Shown here: positions 18,472-26,879 of the stretch, piece after piece
Layout of the letters: each line of letters begins with the position of its first letter
Numbering within the stretch: the first letter of the stretch is position 1
NCBI GenBank assembly: GCA_044344255.1
Contig: JBIJDH010000018.1
Location: forward strand, 71,278 to 135,277
DNA length: 64,000 bases
Source of the DNA: Myxococcota bacterium
GTDB taxonomy: Bacteria > Myxococcota_A > UBA796 > UBA2385
Direction of reading: 5' to 3'
Made by a program: the position numbers and the translations under genes
The notes under the pieces: model-generated
What the model saw: the letters and a program-made list of their open reading frames with translations, nothing else
Database searches by the model: none
Told to the model about the DNA's origin: nothing

Positions 18472-19140
18472 ATGGAGGTCGGGGTGCTGGTGCCGGCGCG
18501 GAACGAGGCCCGCAGCCTCTCCCGTGTGCTTGGCGGCGTGCGGGCCGCCCTGCCGGGCGCGCGGGTGCTCGTCATCGACGGCCACAGTGAAGACGACACC
18601 GTGGCGGTGGCCCTGGCCTTCGGGGCCGAGGTGCTGCGCCAACCGGGGCGGGGCTACGCCGACGCCCTGGCCGAGGGCTATCGGGCGCTGGCCGGCTGGC
18701 CGATCCAGGCCGCCTTGCAGCTCGACGCCGATGGTCAGCACCCCCCGGAGGCCGCGCCGGGCCTGCTCGCCGCGCTCGCCGACGCGGACGTGGTCTTCGG
18801 CAGCCGCCAGGGCACGGGCGTCGGCGGGGCCCGGCTCCGGCGGGCGGGCTCGGCGCTGCTGTCGGCCTCGGTGGCGCTCGGCACCGGGCGCTGGCTCCAC
18901 GACGTGATGAGCGGCTATTGGGCCTGCTCTCCGCGCGCGGTGGCGCTCTTCGCCGAGCGGCTCCCCCGCGACCTCGCCGACGCCAACGCGCGGGTCATCG
19001 CGCTGCGGGCGGGCCTCCGGGTGCTCGAGCGGCCGGTGATCATGGCGCACCGGCTCGAGGGGGAGTCGATGCACGCCGGCTGGGGCGGGCTCCGGAACGG
19101 CGCCCGCAGCCTCGGCGCGGTCTGGCGGGCGGCCCGATGA
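18472..19140 (+). CDS. Family 2 glycosyltransferase (Dpm1-like)
   Basis: VLVPARNEA..., VIDGHSEDDT, LDADGQHPP (DxD region); 222 aa. First gene of the polysaccharide locus. Confidence 0.7.
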   Translation: MEVGVLVPARNEARSLSRVLGGVRAALPGARVLVIDGHSEDDTVAVALAFGAEVLRQPGRGYADALAEGYRALAGWPIQAALQLDADGQHPPEAAPGLLAALADADVVFGSRQGTGVGGARLRRAGSALLSASVALGTGRWLHDVMSGYWACSPRAVALFAERLPRDLADANARVIALRAGLRVLERPVIMAHRLEGESMHAGWGGLRNGARSLGAVWRAAR

Positions 19141-20006
19141 GCGGCGTCCCCGGGGGCCTCGGCGTCTGTATCCAGGCCGGCGGTCGGGGCACCCGCTTGA
19201 GCGGCGCGCTCGACGGCGGGCTGAAGGCCCTGGCCCCCCTCGCCAGGGGGACGCTGCTCTCCTACCAGCTCGGCCGGGCCCGCGCGCTCGCCCCCGAGCG
19301 CCTCGTGGTGATCGGCCAGCACCGAATTGACGCCCTGCGGGCCGCGCTCGGCGTTGAGGCGGAGCTGCTCGTCGAGGCCGTGCCGCTCGACACCGCGGGC
19401 GGGCTCGTTCTGCTCCCCGCGGAGCCCGAGACCTGGCTCGTGGTCAACGTCGATCACGTGGGGGACGTCGATTGGGAGGGCCTCGTCGCCTCCCACCGGG
19501 GCGCGGCCACGGCCGTCGTCTATGCGCAGCCCCACGAGATCCCGGAGGGGGTGGTAGAGGTCGAGGCCGGGCGGATCGTCCGCTACCGGGAGCGCCCCGT
19601 GCTCCGCGTGGACGTGACGGTCGGGCTCTATGTCTTCTCGCGCGCGGCCCTCCGCCGCGTCCTCCACGGCCAGCCCTGTGGCATGCCGGCCCTGATCGAG
19701 GCGCTCGTGCCGGAGGGGGTGGGCGTGTGGCGTCACCCCGGCACCTGGCTCGACGCCGGCACCCCCGAGCGCCTCGCGCGGGCCGAGCGGTGGCTCGAGG
19801 GGCAGGGCTCAGCCGCCGCCGCGGAGCTCGGGCAGGGAGGCGACGCCGCCGCGACGGGGATCGGCGGAGATCCACCACAGCGCGAGGTTGGTGAGCAGCG
19901 GAACCGAGGGCGGGCCGAGGTGCGTGAGGGCGGTGATCATCGCCCAGAACTCCGCGCGGGTGGGGGCGGGGTCCGGCCGCGCCCGCCCGAAGGGGCCGAG
20001 CGGTAG
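19137..20006 (+). CDS. Sugar-phosphate nucleotidyltransferase (NTP_transferase family)
   Basis: CIQAGGRGTRL (GxGTRL pyrophosphorylase loop) and a later GTWLDAGTPE motif. The ATG at 19137 overlaps the GT2 stop (ATGA). The reading frame stays open to 20006 and overlaps the convergent gene by ~200 nt. Confidence 0.7.
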   Translation: MSGVPGGLGVCIQAGGRGTRLSGALDGGLKALAPLARGTLLSYQLGRARALAPERLVVIGQHRIDALRAALGVEAELLVEAVPLDTAGGLVLLPAEPETWLVVNVDHVGDVDWEGLVASHRGAATAVVYAQPHEIPEGVVEVEAGRIVRYRERPVLRVDVTVGLYVFSRAALRRVLHGQPCGMPALIEALVPEGVGVWRHPGTWLDAGTPERLARAERWLEGQGSAAAAELGQGGDAAATGIGGDPPQREVGEQRNRGRAEVREGGDHRPELRAGGGGVRPRPPEGAER

Positions 20007-20945
20007 GCAGAGCAGCGCGCCCTCGTCGTCCCTCCGGCGGTGGGCGGCGTCGCTGAGGATGTGCCGGGCGGTCTCCGCCGTGTCGGCGGCCATCCAGATC
20101 CCGGGATCGAGGCGGATGAGCTCGCGGGTGACGCCGAGGAGCTGCTCGGCCACGGGCTGCACCCCCACCTCCTCGTAGGCCTCCCGGTAGACGTCGAGCT
20201 CGGCGAGGCGGCCGCCGCGGCAGCGCAGGACGTCGTCCCAGTCGAGGGTGCCCGAGCCGCCCGGGCAGAGCTCACCGGCGCGGAAGAGCACGCGGCCCTC
20301 GCTGCGCCGCTGTACGACCAGGGCCCCGTCGGCGCTGAAGAGGAGGATGCCGGTGCCGACGGTGTTGGCGAGGTCAGAGTCCTCGAGCGGGCGCAGCCGG
20401 CCCCCCCGGGTCTCCTCTCCGCGCAGGGTGCGACCATCGGGGAGCGGGCAGTCGAGGCCGAGGTTGGTGCGGACGTAGTCGGTGTACCGCACGGGCTCCA
20501 GGCAGAGGGCCGCGGGCGCGCGGGCGACACGGCGCAGGCGGGCTGTGCCGTAGCGGGGATCGTAGGGGCGCCGCATGCCGAGGGCGTCGGCCTGGCCGTC
20601 CCAGGCCTCGCCGGCCGCCTCGACGGGGAGGCGCGGGCGGAAGAGCGGCTCGGCGGCGACCTGCACCGCCACCTCGCCCCCCTCGCCGGGCCTGAAGGGG
20701 CCCATCTCGACGACGTGGGGCAGCACGACCCGCTCGCCGTGGGGGCCCTCGATCCAGAGCAGATCGGCCTGGTGGGGGAGCTGGTCGGGCCAGGGCGGGG
20801 CCCAGTCGATGGGCTCGAGCCCACCGTCGAGGGGGGGGGCCTCCACGCCCAGCAGGCACCGGGCCGCGCCCAGGCGCTGCCAACGGAGCCGCGACGGGAG
20901 GGGTGCGGCGAGGCCGCGCCCCGGCGGCGACGCGGCCAGGATCAT
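19809..20945 (-). CDS. Hypothetical protein with a partial Nudix-box core
   Basis: REAYEEVGV fits the REUxEExGU core of the Nudix box, but the upstream G-x5-E part is not canonical. High GC3. The ATG overlaps the stop of the sulfotransferase-GT gene (ATGA). Confidence 0.5.
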   Translation of the reverse strand: MILAASPPGRGLAAPLPSRLRWQRLGAARCLLGVEAPPLDGGLEPIDWAPPWPDQLPHQADLLWIEGPHGERVVLPHVVEMGPFRPGEGGEVAVQVAAEPLFRPRLPVEAAGEAWDGQADALGMRRPYDPRYGTARLRRVARAPAALCLEPVRYTDYVRTNLGLDCPLPDGRTLRGEETRGGRLRPLEDSDLANTVGTGILLFSADGALVVQRRSEGRVLFRAGELCPGGSGTLDWDDVLRCRGGRLAELDVYREAYEEVGVQPVAEQLLGVTRELIRLDPGIWMAADTAETARHILSDAAHRRRDDEGALLCLPLGPFGRARPDPAPTRAEFWAMITALTHLGPPSVPLLTNLALWWISADPRRGGVASLPELRGGG

Positions 20946-22900
20946 GGGATGCGAGGGGCCCCGATCACCGCGGCGGAGAGCATCTCGGCCAGCTCGCGCG
21001 CCATGCGCTCGTGGCTGAAACGAGCCCGGGCGCGGTCCTGGGCGGCTGCCCCGAGGCGAGCCCGGGCGGGGGCGTCCTCCGCGAGGCGGAGGGTGGCGGC
21101 GGCGAGGGCGGCGGTGTCGCCGGGGGCGGCGAGCAGGCCGACCTCCTCGTCGATGAGCTCGGCCGCCCCTTCGGTGCGGGTGGCCACCACCGGCAGCCCG
21201 GAGGCCATCGCCTCGATGGTGGTGAGCGGCATGCCCTCCCAGTCCGAGCAGTTGATGAAGAGGTCCGCGGCGCCCAGCAGATCGGCGACGTCGGCGCGCA
21301 GGCCGGTCAGCCGCACACGGTCTTGCAGGCCAGCCGCCTCGATCAGGCCCTCGAGCTCCGCCTGTCGGGTGCCGGTGCCGACGATCGCGAAGCGCAGCTC
21401 TGGGGCCTGATCGCGCAAGGTGGAGGCGATGGAGATGATGTGCTGGTGGGCCTTTTGGGCCTCGAGCCGGCCGACGGCCACCGCGAGGACCTCCCCCGCC
21501 TGCCCGCTACCGCCCAGCGCCGCCCGCGCCGCGGCGCGGAGGGGGCCGGTGCGGCGCCCGAGCGGGCGGAGGTCGACCCCGTTCTGGATGACGGTGCAGC
21601 GCTCCGCGGGGAGGCCTGCGGCCACGAGCTTGTCGCGGACATCCGGGGAGACCGCGACGACCTGATCGGCCACCCGCAGCAGCGGCCCAACGCGGGCGTA
21701 CCGCTCGGCCGGCCAGCCATGGGCGATGTTCACTACGGCCACCCGTCGTTCGGCGGAGGCGAGGCGGCCGATCCAGGTGGTGATGAGCGAGTTGGCCACG
21801 ATGGCGGCGGGCGCCAGCTCTTCGACGAGGGCCCGCACCTCGGCCACGGCGAGGGGGAGGTCGGCCCGCACCTTGCGGAGGGCGCAGGTGCGGTGGCTCA
21901 CCCGCGGGTCGAGGGCCGAGACGAGGTCGCCCCCCGACGAGGCCACTACCACCGTCGTACCCTGCTCGACCAGCCAATTGGCGACCGTCACGACGTAACG
22001 CTCGGCCCCGCCCACCCCGAGGGTGTTGATGAGCATCAGCACCGGGGAGGGGGGCGGCGGGAGGGCCTGGGCGCGGACGGCCTCGCCCAGGCGCTGGTGC
22101 AGGCCCTCGACCAGCGCCCGGATCTCCGGGCTGGCGGGTGGGGGGGCGCCGCGCCGCACGGAGTCGGCCCGCACGCGGTCGATGTAGGCGGGGGTGAAGG
22201 GCGCGCCCAGGTGAGCGAAGACCGGCGGGAAGGCGCGGGCCGGCTCCTGGACGAGGTCTTCGTAGCAGGCGAGCCGCATCCGGGGATGTCGGTCGAGGCC
22301 GAGGGCGAAGTAGAAGGCGTTGCGCAGGTACCAGAAGAGCAGCCCCCCCTCCTCGGGGCTGAGGTCGGGGCGCCAGACCGCGCGCAGCGCCTCGGCCACC
22401 GCCGCGGGGACCCGCGCCGTGCGCCAGCCCCAGCTTGGGGAGGTGTCAGACCGGACGACGGCGGTCACCACGTCGCGCTGGTGCTCGCCCCACTTCTCAG
22501 TGGCGGAGCGGGTGACATCGTCGGGGTGCCGGTAGATCCACAGCCCGCGTGCCTCGGGGAAGCGCTCGAGCAGGCGGTCTGCGTCCTGGCTGTCGCAGAT
22601 CGGCTTGAAGATCTGGGCAGGGGCGGGGCTGAGGCGCAGGAGCATCCGCAAGGTGTTGTCGGATCTAAGCTGAAAATCGCGAAACGCGGAGTCGTGATTC
22701 TCGTGGTAGATGTGGGTGACCGGGCAGCGGTCGAGCACCCGCATCACCATCTTTGTGCCAGAGCGCTGGCAGCCGAAGACAAAGCTAAGCCGGCGCGGGT
22801 GCCCCCAGCCGTACCGGAGCTGGCGAAGGTGCTTTCCCTGTCGCTGGAGGAAGCCGGGGCCGGACTTCTTCAGATCGGCCAAGCTGCGAGGCAAGCTCAT
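20942..22900 (-). CDS. Bifunctional sulfotransferase (N-terminal) / GT4 glycosyltransferase (C-terminal) fusion protein
   Basis: N-terminal half: FGCQRSGTKM (5'-PSB-like P-loop) and IYRHPDDVTRS (3'-PB-like). C-terminal half: LINTLGVGGAERYV and EGMPLTTIEAMASGLPVVAT (GT4 E-x7-E). The ATG at 22900 is preceded by GGAG. The ORF-track start at 22969 is possible. Confidence 0.8.
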   Translation of the reverse strand: MSLPRSLADLKKSGPGFLQRQGKHLRQLRYGWGHPRRLSFVFGCQRSGTKMVMRVLDRCPVTHIYHENHDSAFRDFQLRSDNTLRMLLRLSPAPAQIFKPICDSQDADRLLERFPEARGLWIYRHPDDVTRSATEKWGEHQRDVVTAVVRSDTSPSWGWRTARVPAAVAEALRAVWRPDLSPEEGGLLFWYLRNAFYFALGLDRHPRMRLACYEDLVQEPARAFPPVFAHLGAPFTPAYIDRVRADSVRRGAPPPASPEIRALVEGLHQRLGEAVRAQALPPPPSPVLMLINTLGVGGAERYVVTVANWLVEQGTTVVVASSGGDLVSALDPRVSHRTCALRKVRADLPLAVAEVRALVEELAPAAIVANSLITTWIGRLASAERRVAVVNIAHGWPAERYARVGPLLRVADQVVAVSPDVRDKLVAAGLPAERCTVIQNGVDLRPLGRRTGPLRAAARAALGGSGQAGEVLAVAVGRLEAQKAHQHIISIASTLRDQAPELRFAIVGTGTRQAELEGLIEAAGLQDRVRLTGLRADVADLLGAADLFINCSDWEGMPLTTIEAMASGLPVVATRTEGAAELIDEEVGLLAAPGDTAALAAATLRLAEDAPARARLGAAAQDRARARFSHERMARELAEMLSAAVIGAPRIP

Positions 22901-23124
22901 GGGGGCTCCATCCGGGCGGGGCTCGGGCCTATCGCGGGGGCTTTTCGGAGGCACCTCCGGTGGGCGCATCGTCTGCGGTGGCGCGCCCCCTGGTCGGGAC
23001 TGCGCAGACGAGGGCCGGCGTAAACCAATTGTGCGAGGCGGGCCGCGGGGGCGCGCCGCCCAGGAGCGCGGACAGATGAGCGGATAAGCCGTGGCGGCAT
23101 CCTGGCGACCCGAAGGAACCGCGC

Positions 23125-24330
23125 GTGCGCTCGAAGCGGAATCGAACCGATGAAGGTCCCGCTCAGCCGGGTCGATCCGCCGACCGCGGTCCCCTGCGCG
23201 TCCTCTTGCTGATCACCCGCGCCGAGCCGGGGGGCGCCCAGGTCCACCTGCTCGAGCTCTGTCGCGGCCTGCTCGGGCGGGTCGAGCTCAGCGTTGGGGT
23301 GGGCCAGGAGGGGCCCGACGACAACCCCTTCCTGGTCGAGGCCCTGCGCAGCATTGGCGTGACGGTCGAGGTGCTGCCCGACCTCCGGCGCGCGGTCGCG
23401 CCGCGGGCCGATCGCGCTGCGCTGGCCGCCCTCCGCGCCCTGATCCGCGCGCGGCGCCCGCACCTCGTGCACACCCACAGCAGCAAGGCGGGGCTGCTCG
23501 GGCGCCTCGCCGCGCGGCTGGAGGGTGTCCCCGCCGTCCACACGGCCCACGCTTGGTCCTTCTCCGACGGCCTCCCCTGGCGCCAGCGGGGGCCGGCGAT
23601 CCCGATCGAGGCCCTGGCCGCCTGCTGGACCCGCCGCTTCATCGTGGTCTCGGAGGCGGACCGCGAGATCGCGCTGCGCTTCGGCGTCGCCCGGGCCGAG
23701 CAGGTGCGGGTGGTGCACAACGGCGTGCCCGAGGTGATCCCGCGAGCGAGGCCCTCCGCCGATGGCGCCCCGGTGATCGGCATGGTCGCCCGGCTCGCTG
23801 CGCCGAAGGACCCCCTCACCCTCCTCCGCGCCCTCGCGCCGCTGCGCGTGCCCTACCGGCTCGACCTCATCGGCGATGGCCCCGAGCGGCCCGCGGTGGT
23901 CGCGGAGGTGCAGGCCCTCGGCCTCGGAGCGCGTGTCCGCATGCTGGGAGACCGGCGGGACGTCCCCGAGCTCCTCGCCGGCATGCAGGTCTTCACCCTG
24001 GTGTCCCGGCAGGAGGGCTTCCCGCTCGTGATCCTCGAGGCGATGCGCGCGGGGCTGCCCGTGGTGGCCTCGGACGTCGGGGGGGTGCGAGAGGCGGTCG
24101 CGGAGGGGGTGACCGGCGCCCTCGTGGCCCGCGGCGACGTCGCAGGCCTTCGGGCGGCCTTCCTCCGCCTGCTCTCCGATCCGGGGCTTCGGGCCCGCCA
24201 GGGGCAGGCCGGCCGGCAGGCCTGGGAGCGCCGCTTCACGGCGGCGCGGATGATCGAGGCGACCTTGAACATATACGGTGAGATCGCCGCTGAAGACGGT
24301 CTCCCACTCCCGCGGGCGGGGTCGCGATGA
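23125..24330 (+). CDS. GT4-family glycosyltransferase
   Basis: LLITRAEPGGAQVHLLEL and EGFPLVILEAMRAGLPVVAS (E-x7-E). GTG start; the exact start is uncertain. Confidence 0.85.
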   Translation: MRSKRNRTDEGPAQPGRSADRGPLRVLLLITRAEPGGAQVHLLELCRGLLGRVELSVGVGQEGPDDNPFLVEALRSIGVTVEVLPDLRRAVAPRADRAALAALRALIRARRPHLVHTHSSKAGLLGRLAARLEGVPAVHTAHAWSFSDGLPWRQRGPAIPIEALAACWTRRFIVVSEADREIALRFGVARAEQVRVVHNGVPEVIPRARPSADGAPVIGMVARLAAPKDPLTLLRALAPLRVPYRLDLIGDGPERPAVVAEVQALGLGARVRMLGDRRDVPELLAGMQVFTLVSRQEGFPLVILEAMRAGLPVVASDVGGVREAVAEGVTGALVARGDVAGLRAAFLRLLSDPGLRARQGQAGRQAWERRFTAARMIEATLNIYGEIAAEDGLPLPRAGSR

Positions 24331-25727
24331 CCATCTTCTCGATCCCGGTTGAACGCCGCGCCCTCCTCTACCTTATCGGAGATGTGCTCCTCTGCTTCAT
24401 CTCGATCGCCTGGGGACAGTGGCTGCGCTTTGGGCCCGGCGCGCCGGGCGCTGATCTCCTGACCGTGCTGCATGACACGACCGGCGCCTCCGCGGTCTTC
24501 ATCGTCACCCACTTGCTCGTGCTCTACCTCGCCGAGGGTTATGACCTCGATCGCGACTTTCGGCTTCGTATCAACATCTTTCGGATCTGGGTCGCCATCG
24601 TCGCCGCCTTCCTGGGCCAGGCGATCCTGTTCTACTTGCTGCCGAACTGGTGGTGGGGCCGCGGGATCACCTTCATCAGCAACCTCGTGTTCGCGGTGCT
24701 GCTCACCGTCTGGCGGCTGGTGGCGTCCGCGGTGCGGCCGCGCATGGACTTTCGCCGCCCGACCCTCGTCATCGGAGCGGGGAAGACGGGGCAGCTCATC
24801 GCGCAGATGATCCGCGAGCACCCGGCGCAGGGTGACATTCACGAGCTGGTGGGCTTCCTCGACGACCGCGAGGTGGACACTGGCGCCACCGGCCCCCGCC
24901 TCGGCGGCTCGAAGGAGCTCGAGGAGGTCGTGCGCCGCTACCGGGTGCGCAGCATCGTCGTGGCCGTGCTCTCCGGGATGCAGCCGCACCTCACGGCCCA
25001 GCTCCTCTCCTGTAAGGCGGCGGGCGTGCGGATCGAGGACATGCGGACGGTCTACAAGAGACTGACCGGCAAGGTGCCGATCCACTACCTGTCGGACACC
25101 GCGCTCATCTTCGGCCCCGACTTCTCGGGGGTGCACGGGCTTGGCGGGGCGGTGCAGCGGGTGATCGACGTGGTGCTCGCCCTCATTGGCCTGCTGTTGA
25201 CGGGCCCCGTGATCGCGCTCGGAGCCCTCGCGGTCAAGCTCGACTCCCGCGGGCCCGCCTTCTTCCTCCAGGAGCGGGTGGGCCTCAACGAGGTGCCCTT
25301 CACGATCATCAAGCTGCGCACGATGCGAACCGACGCCGAGCAGGCCACCGGCCCAGTCTGGTCGCAGGGCGCGGGTGACCCGCGGGTCACGAAGGTGGGG
25401 CGCTTCCTTCGGCGCTCCCGCATCGACGAGCTGCCGCAGTTCTTCAACATCCTGCGCGGGGACATGTCGCTCGTCGGTCCGCGGCCAGAGCGGGAGCACT
25501 TCGTCTCTCGCTTGAAGGAGCAGATCCCCTTCTATGGCCTGCGCTTCGCCGCCCGCCCTGGGGTCACCGGCTGGGCGCAGGTGAAGTACAGATACGGTGC
25601 CAGCGAGGAAGATGCGGCTGAGAAGCTATGTTATGATCTGTTCGCAATCCAAGAGATGAGCCCGGCGCTCTATCTGCTCGTGGTGGTCAAGACCGTGCAG
25701 ACCGTCCTGCTACGCCCCGGCTCTTGA
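24327..25727 (+). CDS. Exopolysaccharide priming polyprenyl-phosphate glycosyl-phosphotransferase (WbaP/bacterial sugar transferase family)
   Basis: N-terminal TM helices, then DVVLALIGLLLTGPV, FFLQERVG, KLRTM, DPRVTKVGRFLRRSRIDELPQFFNILRGDMSLVGPRPE, RPGVTGWAQV. ATGA overlap with the upstream GT4. Confidence 0.9.
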   Translation: MTIFSIPVERRALLYLIGDVLLCFISIAWGQWLRFGPGAPGADLLTVLHDTTGASAVFIVTHLLVLYLAEGYDLDRDFRLRINIFRIWVAIVAAFLGQAILFYLLPNWWWGRGITFISNLVFAVLLTVWRLVASAVRPRMDFRRPTLVIGAGKTGQLIAQMIREHPAQGDIHELVGFLDDREVDTGATGPRLGGSKELEEVVRRYRVRSIVVAVLSGMQPHLTAQLLSCKAAGVRIEDMRTVYKRLTGKVPIHYLSDTALIFGPDFSGVHGLGGAVQRVIDVVLALIGLLLTGPVIALGALAVKLDSRGPAFFLQERVGLNEVPFTIIKLRTMRTDAEQATGPVWSQGAGDPRVTKVGRFLRRSRIDELPQFFNILRGDMSLVGPRPEREHFVSRLKEQIPFYGLRFAARPGVTGWAQVKYRYGASEEDAAEKLCYDLFAIQEMSPALYLLVVVKTVQTVLLRPGS

Positions 25728-26750
25728 AGCCTCGACGGCGGAGGCCCCAGCTCTGGCGGCCCAGCGCGCCTCGGCCTGCGCCGCGATCTCGCTCATCGGC
25801 AGGATGTCGAGGCGGCCAGCGTCGCGGAGGCGGGCGGCGGCGGCGAAGATCTGGTCGAAGGCCTCGAGCAGGGCCGGAGGGTCGGTCGCGAGGTTGATCG
25901 GGTGCAGGTAGAGGTGGCAGATGCGCCGATCGGCCGCCGCGGCCTCGAGGCCGGCCACGCTGCGCCGGACGCGCTGGGCGATGGGGATGTAGCGCCGCAC
26001 GCCGTCGATCGGCAAGAAGGTGGCGGAGGCCGGGATGTCCCACAGGCCGTGGGCGTCCCGGCGGGGCACCACCGTCGGCGGGCGGCGGGCGGCGGCGACG
26101 TAGGCGAGGTGCAGCAGGCGGCCGGCCGGCCCGGGCACCCAGGGCCGCCGGTACCAGACGGGCTCCGGGCCGCGGTAACACGTGAAGCCGTGGCGCCGGA
26201 GGAGGTCGATGTGGCCGAGCTCGTTGCGCGGGAAGACGAAGGAGCGCAGCGTGAGGCCGAGCCGGCGGGCCTCCTCCACGCAGCGCTGGAGCTCGGAGTC
26301 GGCGGTGGCGCGGGAGCAGCCCGGATCTCCGAAGATGGGGTGGGAGAAGCTGTGGCTGCCCACCTCCTGACCGGCGGCGACGAGGCGGCGGACGAGGCTC
26401 TCGCCGTAAAATGCGGGGTGCTCGGCCTCGGTGCCGGCCGGCACGCCCTCCCACCAGTCCCCCCGCAGCCAGGCGTGGCGAGGGGGCTGGAGGTCCGGGT
26501 GGAGCTGGCCAGTCCCGCGGGCGGCGGCGCCGAGGAAGAGGTGCCCGACGGTGGCCCAGGTGGCGATGATGCCGTGCGCGGCGAGACGGTCGAGCAGGCC
26601 GGGAAAGACCTCTCGACGGGTGCGCTCGGCCAGCTGGACGAGGCCGTGAAGATCGGTCGTGAGGTCACGCGAGCCCCAGACCAGCTCGAAGTCGAGGCTA
26701 AGGCAGAAGATCCCACGGTCGTTCTGGACGGTCACGCGCGCGCATAACAC
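25710..26750 (-). CDS. Polysaccharide deacetylase (NodB-like) family protein
   Basis: IFCLSLDFELVWGSRD, GSHSFSHP (HSxxH-type metal motif), FVFPRNE. There is no in-frame ATG; GTG at 26750 or 26735 are the candidate starts. The rest of the ORF-track ORF (to 27833) is antisense to the PCP gene. Confidence 0.7.
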   Translation of the reverse strand: MLCARVTVQNDRGIFCLSLDFELVWGSRDLTTDLHGLVQLAERTRREVFPGLLDRLAAHGIIATWATVGHLFLGAAARGTGQLHPDLQPPRHAWLRGDWWEGVPAGTEAEHPAFYGESLVRRLVAAGQEVGSHSFSHPIFGDPGCSRATADSELQRCVEEARRLGLTLRSFVFPRNELGHIDLLRRHGFTCYRGPEPVWYRRPWVPGPAGRLLHLAYVAAARRPPTVVPRRDAHGLWDIPASATFLPIDGVRRYIPIAQRVRRSVAGLEAAAADRRICHLYLHPINLATDPPALLEAFDQIFAAAARLRDAGRLDILPMSEIAAQAEARWAARAGASAVEASRAGA

Positions 26751-26879
26751 CCGCGCGACACGGTTGCGGCAGGCTTGGGGCGGCTGAGCTATTGTGCAGG
26801 ACCTCTGGAACGTGGGCGGAGCCGGAGGGCAAGCGGCGCGCGCCACCCGGAGATCCGGGCGGCGGAGGAGAGGGGCGCG

